Origin: Glycera tridactyla
Lineage: Eukaryota
Reading direction: 5' to 3'
Length of the DNA: 64,000 bases
Assembly: GCA_965644265.1 (NCBI GenBank)
Contig: OZ286469.1
Coordinates: forward strand, 39,804,001 to 39,868,000
This document shows, in pieces, positions 1-13,800 of this stretch; the stretch's first letter is position 1; each line of letters starts with the position of its first letter. Made by a program: the position numbers and the translations under genes. Under the pieces are notes generated by a model. It worked only from the letters and a program-made list of their open reading frames with translations. It did no database searches and was not told where the DNA came from.

Positions 1-85
1 GAGACTAATGATCAGCCAATCAATCCTGGACATGACTGGCCTTAAATTGCCCACGGAAATAATGGATTTCATTCCCTTCTGACAG

Positions 86-502
86 GTAATGACGGACACA
101 TTGGATGTGAACGAGGGTGGGCCTGCAGGGCTAGTGGAGATTGTCGCTACATTCTCTCCGGAGTATCTCTGTATGAACCGTACAGCCGCAGATGCTCCCG
201 AAGTGTGCGAGTTCGCCGTGTGGGGTGTGATCGAAGCGCTGGACGACGACTACGAGTGTTACGACAGCGGGGTGAAGGTGCCGCAGGCGGTGCTGGGCTA
301 CATCAGCGACTACCCGGTGGAGGACCGCAGAACGTGCGGTCTCCGCGTCCACAAGGACAACTGGCTGGATACGCTCTACATCCCCGTACATGCCGTTACT
401 GATCTACTCTCGGATGGCGATCAGATGCGCAGTCTGCGTATACATCATCAGCTGCAGTACTCCTCCTCACCTGTCTTCACTGAGGAACTGGCGAACATCG
501 AT
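86..502 (+). CDS. Exon A1, pre-VWD beta-sandwich
   Basis: 417 nt, phase 0-0; VMTDTLDVNEGG...ANID. Confidence 0.88.
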
Positions 503-1879
503 GTAAGTTGATCAGCAAAAGCAATCCTTTAGAAACCCCAGATGTCAGTCCCACACTTGTGGACAAGCGGCTTGCGGCATTTGATATTTCTTGATTATTT
601 CTCATACAATTGAACTTCAATGAACATATTTCCATGATGAGCATGGATACATACACTACAACAATAAAAGCATGATGACTAGGTTAGTGGTTTATCTGTG
701 AGAGACCCACGGGTAAGAGAATCAAAGGTACTTGAGGGTTGCTATAGATAATTCTCAACCTGGATATGATTCAAGATATCATCAATGACATTATAGTCTG
801 AAGGTGAACTTTTGTCAACCATCCAGGTTCAACACTTAAATGTGCAGGGGTATACGAATAACCTGGAGCTCTGATTTTCCCCATAGCAAGATATGACGTC
901 TCATTGTAGCCACTTTTTTTTTATTGCAGCTGACTATTCACAATGTCGAGAGTGATGTGATTTGTTCTGCTACTGGGGATCCTCACTACGTCACATATGA
1001 CAAACTGTAAGTTACAAAATTGCTTAGTCACAAACTGATGATTATCTGCTTACTTTCGGCTGAAATTATGTCCATAGGAGACTTGGAAACACCAGTTGTT
1101 AACCACCCCGCATACTGGAGGACTGATAACCAACATAAAGACCAGAGAAAGGATGTAGGCAATATCAATATCACTTTATGAAGTCTATTGCGCAGATGAA
1201 ATGTAGAAAACACTCATTTTCATTATAGCAAATAAAACCGAATCCAACATGATGATTAAATTGTGATTCGGGAATAGCTTCCTGTCAACTTTATTTAGGT
1301 GGCAGGGTTGCAGTTACGTCTTGCTGCAAATTATCTCGGCGGTAGATTTCACCACCATCATAATTCTCAACTTGTTTGTTTGCAGTGGATTCGATAATTA
1401 CAACGAGGGCGAGTTCATCCTGTACCGTCATAAGACCCTGCCATATGAGGTGACTTGACTGATTTATACTGCCATTCTTCTGTCGCGTACTGTGGAAATG
1501 ATTGCTTGAGTGTCGCAATCATGCGAGTTCTGGTTGCATGACATTTGACTGCTTTGTCCATTGCATTGAGTGACCTGAATACTATCGACGGGGAATACGA
1601 GTGTGTGTTGATGACATGTCTTAAGGGACACGGTTGAATGACTGGGTAGTTTCCGATGTTCACGTTTCCAGTTCACGTGCTTGAGATGCATCGAAGATCA
1701 GATGCTTCCATCAGGGAATAGTGCAAGTGAAAAGATTCATCATAATGATGGCACTGATATGGCAGCCATGGATTGTCAGTGTGATCTTCACACACAGAGA
1801 TGGTGGTGCTGATGCCCATAGTGGTGATGCTTGTCGTGGTGGCGGTGCTGCTTCTACTGCTGCTGCTGCCTGCTGATGC

Positions 1880-1921
<42 letters not shown>

Positions 1922-4900
1922 ATACGACGACGACGAATCACAACGGATAAGTTCTAGATTGCACAAGTCTGTCATCATGATGGTCTTACCCATGATCTGC
2001 AATATATATATATATATATATTGAATTTCAGGTTCGCACATTCTTGAAGAATTGTAACGGCGCTGCAGCGTGTAACTGCGCAGTAGCTGTACGCTCGGGT
2101 GATGACGTCATCCTCATCAACTCCTGTGATAATAACGGCAATCTCATCGTCACCACTTTCCTCAACGGCGAACTGACGCCAGGAACTAGGATCCTCCAAT
2201 ATAACGGTGGAGCTGGATACCAGGTAATAGCAACGATGACAGTCTGTCTGTCCTCCTGTCCGCCCTTTCATCCATTTGTCCATTCATCCATCTATCCATC
2301 TGTCCATCCGTCTGTCTTCCTGTCAAAGTCCATCCGTCCGTCGATCGGTTTGTCTGTCTGTCCGTCCATTCCTCTATTCGTCCATTGTTCAATCTATCCG
2401 ACTCTGTCCCTATGTCTTCTATGTGTATCTATCTTTGTGTTTATCTGTCTGTCGGAATGTCTGCCATATGCCCATCTATGCATTTGTTTCTTCTCTTCAC
2501 TCTCCCAGACCCTCTTCCAGGTCCCTTCCCAGATTCTCTCCAAGACCCCAAAGACCCCTAATCAGATCGTACCCACATTTCCCATCTGCTACTGATCAAA
2601 TGTCTTTTAACTGAGGCTGATGATTGATATTCCAGATCTTCTTCCCAAGCGGCGCTAAATTGACGATGGAGTTAGGCTTTCAAGTCTTCATGGATGTTTA
2701 CTTCCAACCTTCTCCACTCGACTGGGAGAACTCTGAAGGTCTCTGTGGAACTTTCGACGGCATTGCCGAGAATGATTACACCTCCATGGATGGAACCATC
2801 GACCCGACCACTGGTCGAAACCCGGCTACCTTCATGCTCAGCTGGAGGTAAGATATATACTGGTTTTGGACATCGATGAAGATGAGCTTGCACTATATAT
2901 GCGGCACCTCTAGTAAGGCTGCCACAAAAGAGCGAGTAGTGATGACTGCCTTCCACATCTGCGGAGGCCCAGTGAGCTGATTCCATGTTCACAGTGTAAC
3001 ACAATTGGAAATTTAGTGGGTCGATCGCATGAGTACGAAGCAACACTGGTAATATTCCTGATACCAAAAATGACATCTTGAATGTCTCAGAATTTCATAA
3101 ATTCTCATCATTCGGTCGGGTCCCAGACCAAGGCGTCCCGCTCTTGCCAATTGCATAGGGATCTCGCTATATCCCAGATAAGATTTTGAGCACTCGACAA
3201 TTATCTGTTCATTTTCAGGGTGGAGGATCCCGATCTGTCGATCTTCAGCGGTTACTGTGGTGACGGTACCGAGATGGACATGGAGTTGGCGGGAGACCTC
3301 TATTGTGAGTGTCCTACGATAGATGGCGGCATCTGTATAGAGGGCGCTAATGTAGTCGGTTGCTCTCTGACGTCAATCACGGCTGGCAGTGTCGACGTAA
3401 CGGATGTATTCACAGCTAACCCAATAGTAGGATGTACGGATGACGTTTTTGAGGCCGATCTCGATTATGTACCAGTAAGTGCATTCATGAATTTTGTTTT
3501 GGAGAGAGCACGTGGGATGGATCAGAGGGTAGTCGGTTAGTTTTGATCGAGAGGAGTTATTACCCGAGGGACTAGGCACTCATTTGCTGCTACTGCGATT
3601 GCAATCCATTCAGTCCCACTTTCCAACCCATGCGGTTGAGTTGAGAGTGAGTGACAGGGGAATAGAAAATGATGTAAATGACGCGAGCCTTATTACTGAA
3701 TGTTGCCAGATCAGCTGTCTGAATGTCCGAGAAATCAAGAGAACTCTTCCTGCCATAGTGCCATCTCGTTTGGACTATCGCTCGTGTCATGATTGGATAG
3801 ATGAAATACAATGGGTGTTGGGGATTGCAATAATGATGTTATCAAATAACAGATCTTTATGGTGAAGTAACATGACAATGTGAGTATGTTGCAAGGTTGC
3901 GAAAAATAGTTTAACTATTTTAACAAATCTGCACATGGATGCTATTAATGATGAGCAGATAAATGAAATGAGCTTAGCAGTACTACTACCAGATATACCA
4001 ACGAAGTTACATCACATCGGTAAAGGTACTGTATTCTGACAGAATGAAAACTGTCAAAGGTAGCGTTTCTCAGTGTAGCATAGTACTTGCCTATCTGCAG
4101 GATACGACCACGTTCGTGGATGAGGAGACGGCCCGCGCAGAGTGTGAGGCAACCATCATGGCATCTGCTGCAGTCACTGCTTGTGCTGGTACTGTCACTC
4201 TCGATCTTGAGGCTCAGATCACCAGCTGTACTTTTGACTACATGGTAAGTCCATCTGTCATCATCTACTATCGATTGCCGTCACATTGTATTTCTAGGCT
4301 TGGGTAGTCATAATCTGAATGAGATGAGATGCATGATGATGGACCCTTCTCATGGTCGGGGATCAGAAACCCCTCTTGGCGGAGGAAGACCTTCCTCTGC
4401 CCCGAATAATATTCCCGTATTTCAAATCTGCCTTTTATTCCATGACTAATTGTGGCATATTATGAGATACTAAGTTGTAAATATATTTGCCTTGGCATGT
4501 CGAAGAGTGTTGATTATTCATCGCAGAATGCAAGTGGGGTGGGGACGGATATCAGTCATCATGGTAAATTTACCCTACATATGTGATTGGTTGGTTAGTT
4601 GGTTGTTTTGTAGGTTGGCTAGTTAGAGGTCAACATCATTCATCAACCTACAGGATCGTATATGTTATGTGTTCAAGATTGACCTATGAAATTGGTGAAT
4701 ATATGACTGCCATCCGTGACTATATGTCTGACCGAGAGTTGAAACTCAAGCATGATAGCAATACTCCTGAGAAAACTGCAGTGATTTAAAAGGAAAAGGA
4801 ATGTTGTCTCTATGGGGAAACACAACCAATATGGCCAGTCAATAACTGTTTGCACCTGCTCTATGATATTGGATGTGTCCTCTCCGATCTTCCTGTACAT

Positions 4901-7900
4901 GCTGAACTTCATGGTTATTTTACAGGCTACCGGTTTGATAGAATGGGCCAACGTGGCTATCAATGCACTGAGACGCCAATGTTTGGATACGTTAGCCACC
5001 AATCCTAACCACTGGGTGGACAATGGTGACGGTAACGTCGGCCCACCCAATGACATCGCCGAGGAACTCTGTGACAACGATTGCAGTGGTCACGGAGACT
5101 GTGTCGGTAAGTGTCAAGCCCACACACTGGCAAAAATTCAATCCTTTCACTGCTGTGTATTTCGAATAGGGAAACTTGAATGGATATGTCATCACGTGTT
5201 CCGAATTACTGACAAATTGTAGGCAGTGTTTTGAATCCCTGGGCATCATATCTGGGTGTATATAACGTAAAACGAATCCTGATCAAGGGTGTACCTGGAT
5301 TCAGAGAAGAGCCTGGGAATGGATGGTCGACGGGTTGCTTTGTTGTTACAAAACTGAAAGGGTAGATGAATAGGTCGATGCAAGACTGGATGGATGGATG
5401 GATGCATCAGTGGATGCCTGAATAGATGGATGCATTGATGGATGAACAAGTAGATTGGCTGGCAAGCTAGCTGGCGAGTAGTCAGTCACACAGGCATACA
5501 GTCAGACAGACGAACAGGTGGAGAGACCGATTGACATATCAAGTGAACTGCCTAGATGGGCCATGTTGATACATCCATGAATATGAATGCCTGTTTGTGT
5601 TTCAGGAGGTACATGTCAGTGTGATGATGGCTGGATGTTGGGAGACTGCTCCCAGGCGACCACCATTCCACCCACCATCCCAGATACACATCCTCTAGTC
5701 CTCTGTGACGGCAGCTGTGTCGATGTCATCATCTCCGGTACTAACTTCGCCCTCCTCGATACGCTCACATGCCGCTTCACTTTCATCACGGTGAGTCATC
5801 TAACAAGAGAGCACAGGTGGGCCGAGATATCTCCGATGAGGCGTAAAAACATAAACAAACCGGATTGGCCTCTACCCTGCCCACCGACCCTCTTTCACTG
5901 TGACCTATTTAGCATATATCAATATGCTGCCTCGCACACTCATACTATTTGTGCGCAGCTATACATATCCGAGCCACTGAAATCTGTGTGCTGCGGTGAT
6001 CAGCACCACAAAAACGAGTGTAGGGAGAATTGGAATTCATCTGAGGGCTATATTTTCTCAGATTGTCATCCATAGATTAATAAACTTGTGTTAGATGACA
6101 TCATTTGTTCTTTCCACACAACTCTGATCAAGATTCATCTAATGATATTAGTCTCAGGAGTTAAGGTAGGTGAAGTTAGTATGTAGTTCGAGCAAAAAGG
6201 TGGTGGCATAGAGATCTCCAGCCACTGGCGGAGATCTCAAAAAGTACCGGAAGTTTGTTTAGACAGAAAGGACAGTAGGGTTCCGGAACAATGGCCGTTG
6301 ATACATAGATGCAGAGAACAAGATAGATAGATGGGATGGGGGGTAGGTGCGCGCGAGAGACAGGGCAAAAGTACGAGCGTATATAGAGATGGGGTGAGGG
6401 GAGTAAGAGGTGATAGATGAAGAGGGAGGGTGATGTTCGTTGTTCTGGTTAAACGTCACATCAGCTCCATCTGTGCTGCTTTGGAACGCCCATACAATGG
6501 ACATGGATACGATCATGTAAGACTCCTCCTTCTGGGTCTCCAATGAACATGCATGGGGGGTGAGAGGAGTGAGGAAGTGTCATGGTGAAAGGGAGAAGTG
6601 GAGGCGCGGGAAGTGGGGGCGAGAGAAAGGAGGGGGGGGGGCGAAAGAGTGAGGAAGACAGAGATAACCTCATTATGACGAATACGAATCATCACTATAG
6701 GGCAACAGTTTGAGGACCTACATGAACTATCTCACTATAGGGCAGTTTTTGTTCGACCTACACCAAGGATCACCACTATAGGGCAATTTGTTTAGGACCT
6801 ACATTGAGTATGATTGATGTGTGTCTAGGTGACGGAGGTGTCGTGGACAGTGACGACAACAACGACGACGTCGGCGGCGGTCTACATGAGCGTCAGTCAG
6901 GTCAAGTGTCCACTGCCCGATGCCACCGCCAGCTATAAGATCGACGTCGCTAACGACGGCGTCACCTTCTCCGAGCACGGCGTCACCGTCATCGTCGTCG
7001 ACGTCACCTGCTTCCTCGTCAACTTCGAGGACGTTACCATCCAGCGCAAGGTGAGCATCGTCATCTCTTGTCTCTTATCATTATCATCATCATTGTCATC
7101 GTCATCATCATTGTCACCGTCGTCTTCATCGTCTTCGTCGCTGCTGTCATCGTCGTCATGTTTATAGTCATCGTCAATGCCATCGTCATCGTCAATGGCA
7201 ACGTCACCGTCATCCTCACTGTCATCGCCATCGTCATCGTCAACATCATCGTCGTCGTCAACGTCTTCATCACCGTCACCATCGTCGTAAGCGCCTCGTC
7301 TCCCTAACACCAGCACCAGCACCAGCACCAATACTATCATCACCATCAACACCACCACCACCACTACCATCACCACCGTCACCACCATCATCACCATCAC
7401 CACGATCACCACCACATTAACAATAACACCACAACCATCATCAGCCTAACCGCCCACCATCATAATCACTATCACCAACCTCAGCAACACCAACAGTATC
7501 ACCACAAAAACCATCACTGATACAAACACCGTAATAGACAACACCAATATCATGATCACATGTCACGTGCAATTCCGTTTAATTTTGCAGAGCGATTCCT
7601 GCATCATTGGTGGCGTATGTTATGGAGATCGGGACCGTAATCCTCTGAATTCAGCAGAGATATGTGATCCAGAAACTGATGATTCCGCATGGACGATCGA
7701 TGGTAAGAAACTACATCTCAGTGTGATACATTCTACCCATGAGAGCATGCACCGAAAGATACGATGCTGTGCCTAGTGATGTGTGGGATCGGAATCAAAT
7801 CTAATGATACAAAAGTATTTTGAGCATGCTCCACAAGGCAGAAGAAATAAGTACTACCTGCATGATATTGCAATAGTCATCAGTGTTCATTTGTTCCAAT

Positions 7901-10789
7901 TTTATCTGTAAAATAATGTGTGGACTGTAGATGCTAGAAGCTGCAATCCTCTCCAGAATATGGTGTTCACCCTGCTTCACTTCTCCTAATCATGATGGAC
8001 CTGCCTTGATCAAGATGTTCCCCCATCGCGTGCCTACCAGTCGGGGATATTATCAATCAAACACAGAGCTTTTCAGCTACAACCCAACGGCACCACTTAT
8101 TAGGATTCATACCTGTCATTTCATTGTTTCATATTGCCTTATTTCACAAAAATCTCCAAATACACTTCTTTCAAAAATGGAGTCCAAAATGGTAGCATGA
8201 GAGAAGAGTAAGAATGTACACTGCTGGGTAACTCCACAATCGTGTGTGTCCAGACTTTTTAATCGTATCGACCAATCCTTTTGAGGTCTTAAGGGTTGCC
8301 ATCTTACAATATCTCGGAAATCCAACCTGAAACCTGTAGCCTGTAGACAATTGTCCCTGACACTTTTCCCCGACCTAGCAATCACTCATTCGCTAGAATG
8401 GTGCCTGGTGTAATGTTTGAATGTTTGATTGTTCTCTTCAGATGAACCTGTGCTCTACTTGCCATTGACTCGATGTGCCATGGATCTGGACTTCTCCATC
8501 TTTGAGCAGGCGACTACATTCCTGGGAGATGTCACATACATCCCAGCACCAAGTGATCTCATCTATGAAGCAGCCCACTTTGACATGGACACATCCCCTC
8601 TCCACGTCTCATCATCAACAGATCTTGACTCATCCGTGACAATCAGTTTCCTCATGAATGTCTATGCAGAGAGCAATGGCACAATCTTCAACTATGGAGA
8701 AGCAAGTGGTGTTGGATTGAGCATCGTCACAAGTGATGCTGGTATGGTTTGCCTCAAGATGCAGATGGTTGCTAGGGATGATGACAGCATCGTTGGTACA
8801 TACGTCCATGACAACTTCCCACTGGAGCAGTGGGTGTATGTTGCCGGCACTTACGACATGACATCGGGACAGATGAGTCTGTATGTGGATGCAGTGTTCA
8901 GTGGCAGCTATACATTCAACCCAGCAATCCAGCTGAAGACCCAAGAGGATATCTATGTTGGTGGTATTGAAGATGAATCATTCACAGGTGGACTGCACTG
9001 TGTACAGGTCTATGATCGAGTCCTTTCATCTGCCGAGATCTCCACCCTAGCCACCTGCCCATATGGTAAGTTGATTATGTTTCTATTCAGCCTGATTAAG
9101 CCTCCAAACATCAGTGTCATAATCGGTACACTTCATGTGGAAGTTTATCATCACGATGTGACGTGCTCATCGCTTAAATCATCCGGTGATATTGTTATAG
9201 GGTTGGTATCATTCCTTTGGGCGTAATAATCTCTTTAGATGGAGGAAAATTGAGTAGCACTGGATACTCACATTGTTGCCAATCATATCGATCTTGTTCT
9301 AGTGGTCCTCATTTCACTCCACATTGCAGATTGGGTGGATGGTCATCAGTTTGGGTGCTACACATACTGTTTTCCTCTCTGGTGATTTGAAATGATTAGG
9401 AATAACAGAAAATATCGTTTCTCTCTTCTTGCAGGAGTAGTGATGAATGTAGGCCAAAAAGGTGAGTACACCAAGAGTCTTACCCTGGGTTTCTGAAATC
9501 TAATGAATTTCTGAAATGAAAAATCTCTCTCTTTTCTGATAATCTGATGATAGTCAGCCTGATGTGCTCTACTGCATCATCATCATTATTGTCCTGGGGC
9601 CATTGCCATTGTCACCACTACGACAGTTGAGAGGACGTCGAATGCCCTATTCTCGTGGTCAAAGTAGTCGAATGTCCCACGGTAGCCGGTATGTTGCTGA
9701 AAGGTCATACGAAAACTCACAAATCAAATCAACTTGATATCAGTTCGTCACCTTCATCATCACAGATATATTCATTGTTGCGTTCATAATTGTCAATATC
9801 AAAGGTCTTAAGTTGTGGTCCGGCTTGAAAACGAAATATATTACACCCACCGTCTTACCTGTTTTGGCACCACTGATATTATCAAATGAACATCAACACC
9901 TCAACTTTTCTCTCTGTTTGCAGTTTATCCCATCATTTCGTCACTGCCTGTGATATCTCTTGAGGTTGTTGAAGCCACCAATGTCACTGAGAAGACATGG
10001 CAGCTGAGCTGCTCAAGTGCTACTATAGATGATGGAGAAATTCAGTATACCACCACCTGGTATGTGAATGATGACATCATCTCCAGCGATATGACTGTAA
10101 TCACTGGCCTGGGGGAAGCAAGCACCTACAGCTACTTGACAGCACAGATGCTTGAGGAAGCTAACATCACCTACATTGAGCAGGTAGGAAGAAAAGTTCA
10201 ATCAGATTATTCTGCAAGAATGAATGATCGTGTGGATGTATGACTGGATAGATTGGAGGGTGAGGGGAGATTGATGGATAAAACGATGGAAAGTTGGACA
10301 TATGGGTGGATAGATTGATAATTGGATTGACAGACACGTGGGCACACAAACTCACAGATGACAGAATATACAAACCATTGAAGTCCTGCCCTATTGTGAT
10401 GGATGCTCAGTTGCTTGGTTGTTCTTCATCTTGCTATATTGAGTTGCTGCTGCAAAGGTTATAGGGAGGATCATCCACGATCACTCTTTTTTTCGATCAA
10501 GTATTTGGATTTTGTTCAAAATATGATAATTTATTCGTATGTAATGTTGTAGGTGACATGTGAAGTCAGCAGTTGCTATGCTGATGACTGTAGCAAGGAG
10601 TGCTCCCTGACAAGCCTACCCTACCTACCTACTGTTGTTGTAAGTACAATGCCTTTTATAGCCATGCCATTGTAATAGTATAATTCTATTTCAGTATGAT
10701 ATGCTTAGAGAAGTATCAACCATTTCACATTCAGCAAAGAGACTCCAGTTCGGCACGGGCTCAAACATATACTTGGCAACTCACACCAT

Positions 10790-10822
<33 letters not shown>

Positions 10823-13800
10823 GAGAGAGAGAGAGAGACTTGGTCTCTGAGAAAAGCTGTCTTGCATTGATAAACCGAACAGATGAACGGTATATCATGG
10901 CCTTGAATGTGCCGTTCCAAGACGTAATATGTGCATTGTGGTAGTGAATGAAACAGGAGATTTGAAACAGGTGCAGTCATGGGAAGTAGTATACTGCTCA
11001 GAGAAATCACCTATCATGCTGACAATCCACTGATTCATTCATTTTCTTCACGTTTGATCAAGGTGACCACCGAAGGACCACTGACAGTAACAGAGGGAGG
11101 TGACCCTGTCTACATTGACATCACTACATCCCTCTCACCTGAGTACTTCTGCGTGAACCGCTCCACTGGCGATAGCTTGGATGTCTGCAAGGTGGCCATC
11201 TGGGGCTATGTGGACATCGTGGATGACGATCTGACATGCTTTGAGACCGGTGTGTCCGTCTCACAGGCTGTATTTGGTTACGATGTGCCAGATGACCTTC
11301 GCCGACCATGTGGTCTCTACATCACTCATGAGAACTGGCTTGAGATGCCACGCATCCCACTTCATGCCATGGTTGATGGTGTTATTGATGGCAACAAACT
11401 TCGTACTGCTCATGTCCACCACAACATTGAGTATGATGCTACCAGTCTCTATGATATGGAGCTCAAAACATTTGATGTAAGTGGGATATTTCTTTTTTCA
11501 TTTGATAAACATTAGTCTCCTCCAGGAGGAAGTTGCAAAATTATTAAAGAATATCATATTCTCATGATGGTGTGAATATTGCCTAACTTGATACTTGATG
11601 GAGATTCTCAAATTCTGTGATCCAAGGGACACAAGTATCTAAATCATCGTGAAGGTTCCTGTGATAACCTCTAGAAATGACAGCATGCCCTCTCTGATAT
11701 TCTTAATGCGATATGATAATGTTGAAGGGTATACAGACAATGGATCACCTAGGTTGAGACTCGTTCTTAAGACAAACTGTTCTTTATTGAATTTAAATGA
11801 GCAAGAGCCTCGTGACGCGAATTCAACATATTTGAATGAAACAGTTAGTTTTCCAGACGTGTCGTGTATTGCTCAGGTGGAAAGAGCTCTCACGGTTCAT
11901 CAAATTTCACATCATATCTGAATACATCTGTGAAGCCTGATATTTGCTGTTTTTTCAGGTGAATGTCAATGATGCCAACAACGATTATGAATGTCACTCG
12001 ACGGGAGATCCTCACTACCTCACCTATGACAAATGGTGAGTAGCAATGGGCCCTGACTCTCAGTCATAGTGAGACGCGAAAACAATATTATCTATGTGGG
12101 ATTTCCGCTTCAGGAAGTCCTGCCTCCCTCTCAAGCATACACACCAGCCTGTACATTCTTCTATCATAAATGGATGCAATTCTCGCTTTGTACAAGAAAG
12201 GCAACACACAAATGAAAAGGCGACAGAGACCTCGCAGAATTCATCCAAAATTACTCAGGTTGGGTCCGAGTGAATGATATGTTATTATATCATATCTTTG
12301 TTTCAGGGAATTCGACAACTACTATGAAGGAGAGTTCATCCTCTACAAGCACACAACACTCCCATATGAGGTAGGTATACTGATATGTACCATAATCTGT
12401 TTTAATAGGAAATACTGTGCGAATTGATTGCTTTCTTAACTTAGCCCTGTTCGCATATGCCAGTCCAGAGACACACGCTGGCAGTACAGTGAGATTGCGA
12501 CAAGAAGACCCCTCAGGGATATGTTACCATGTCTGAAATTTGGAGTCACAGTCACACTGAGATGAATCAGCTCTTTGATGGAGGCTCAGCTTAGGACGTC
12601 TCCGCTGATTTTTTAGATGGATGAATGAGGAATTTATGATGAGAACCGAAATTTTATCATGACCAGTCAGTCACTTAGTTGACAGTTTTTGTGTTCCGCC
12701 GAAATCTACTGGCAATTAGGGTCAGCTGTGGTTGCTGATTGCTGATATTGCTGATGAGCTCATTGATGGGTCCTCAACGATCTGCAAGCAAGCACATGCA
12801 GTTTATCTCAATCCATCTGTTGGTGATGTCATCGCCATCGATTGAGCCATTCAACCCACAGTTGGTCATTGCAACCGATGGACTGCTGATATCTTCACTC
12901 TGAACGTGTTGAGCTAGTGTCTGCATCAAGCATACACAGAAATGATAGATGGCTAATAATGTCGAAGCAGCTCGACATTACCCAGGTATGGATGCTGACC
13001 CTGAAATGCTCTGTTTCTAGGCGCGGCAGTTCACCAGGGCTTGCTTTGCCAATGTGGCATGTAACTGTGCAGCAGCTGCCCGATCCGGGGACGATGTCAT
13101 TGTCTTTGATTCATGCAGCAGTGGAGGAGCCATCACTGTCCAGATGTATGTCCACGGGGAACTCACACCAGGAACTCAGCTTCTACAGTTTAACGGTGGC
13201 ACCAAATATCAGGTAGGATTCATACGCAGTTCTCCTTCAACCCTCTTTTCCCTCATATCCATACCTGCCATTCATACGCTTTTCTATGAAAATCACCCTT
13301 TGTTGCACCAGAAAGTGTTTTTGTACAGAATTAGCCTCTGCAATGATATTTCTACTGTAGAAAATAATATCAAGAAACCTCCCTCGTTCTCTAAAATCAA
13401 GCTCAGAGATGAGGGTGGCTTTAATGAATTGACTAAGTGAGATACATACCCATTTGAGAATGATCTTCGTCAGCCAGTCAATAATTGTGTGTGTATGTAT
13501 ATGTATGTTAATGTGGGTGTATGTGTGTGTGTGGGGGGGGGGGTATGTGTATGTGTGTGTGTGTATGTGTGTATGTGTATGTGTGTGTGTTAGCCCAACT
13601 CTAAACATCTTATGAATTGGATTCCAGGTTGTCTATCCAACTGGAGCAGTGTTTACGATAGAGTATGGATGGGACATCTATCTCAGTCTTTACTTCCAAC
13701 CATCCCCATATGATTGGGAGCATACTCGTGGTCTTTGTGGTACGTTTGATGGTATTGGAGATAACGAATTCACAGCCCTTGATGAGCAGATTGACCCCAG

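Larger units (their letters stand above)
86..10639 (+). repeat. Tandem module 1 (15 exons, 3060 nt CDS, 1020 aa)
   Basis: Exon classes A-O summed from the coordinates below. Confidence 0.85.

Noticed and set aside
1673-2024. Poly-Q/H/A/D ORFs on both strands
   Set aside because: Translations of an intronic (GCT)n(GAT)n microsatellite; no splice or homology support
6681-6790. T7 promoter or vector contamination; CRISPR-like array
   Set aside because: Only about 10-13 nt match T7, copies are diverged, spacers are too short and similar, and the context is a eukaryotic intron with no cas genes
6933-7415. 160-aa poly-Asp/Val ORF on minus strand and related ORFs
   Set aside because: Low-complexity CAT/CGT tract plus antisense of exon J1
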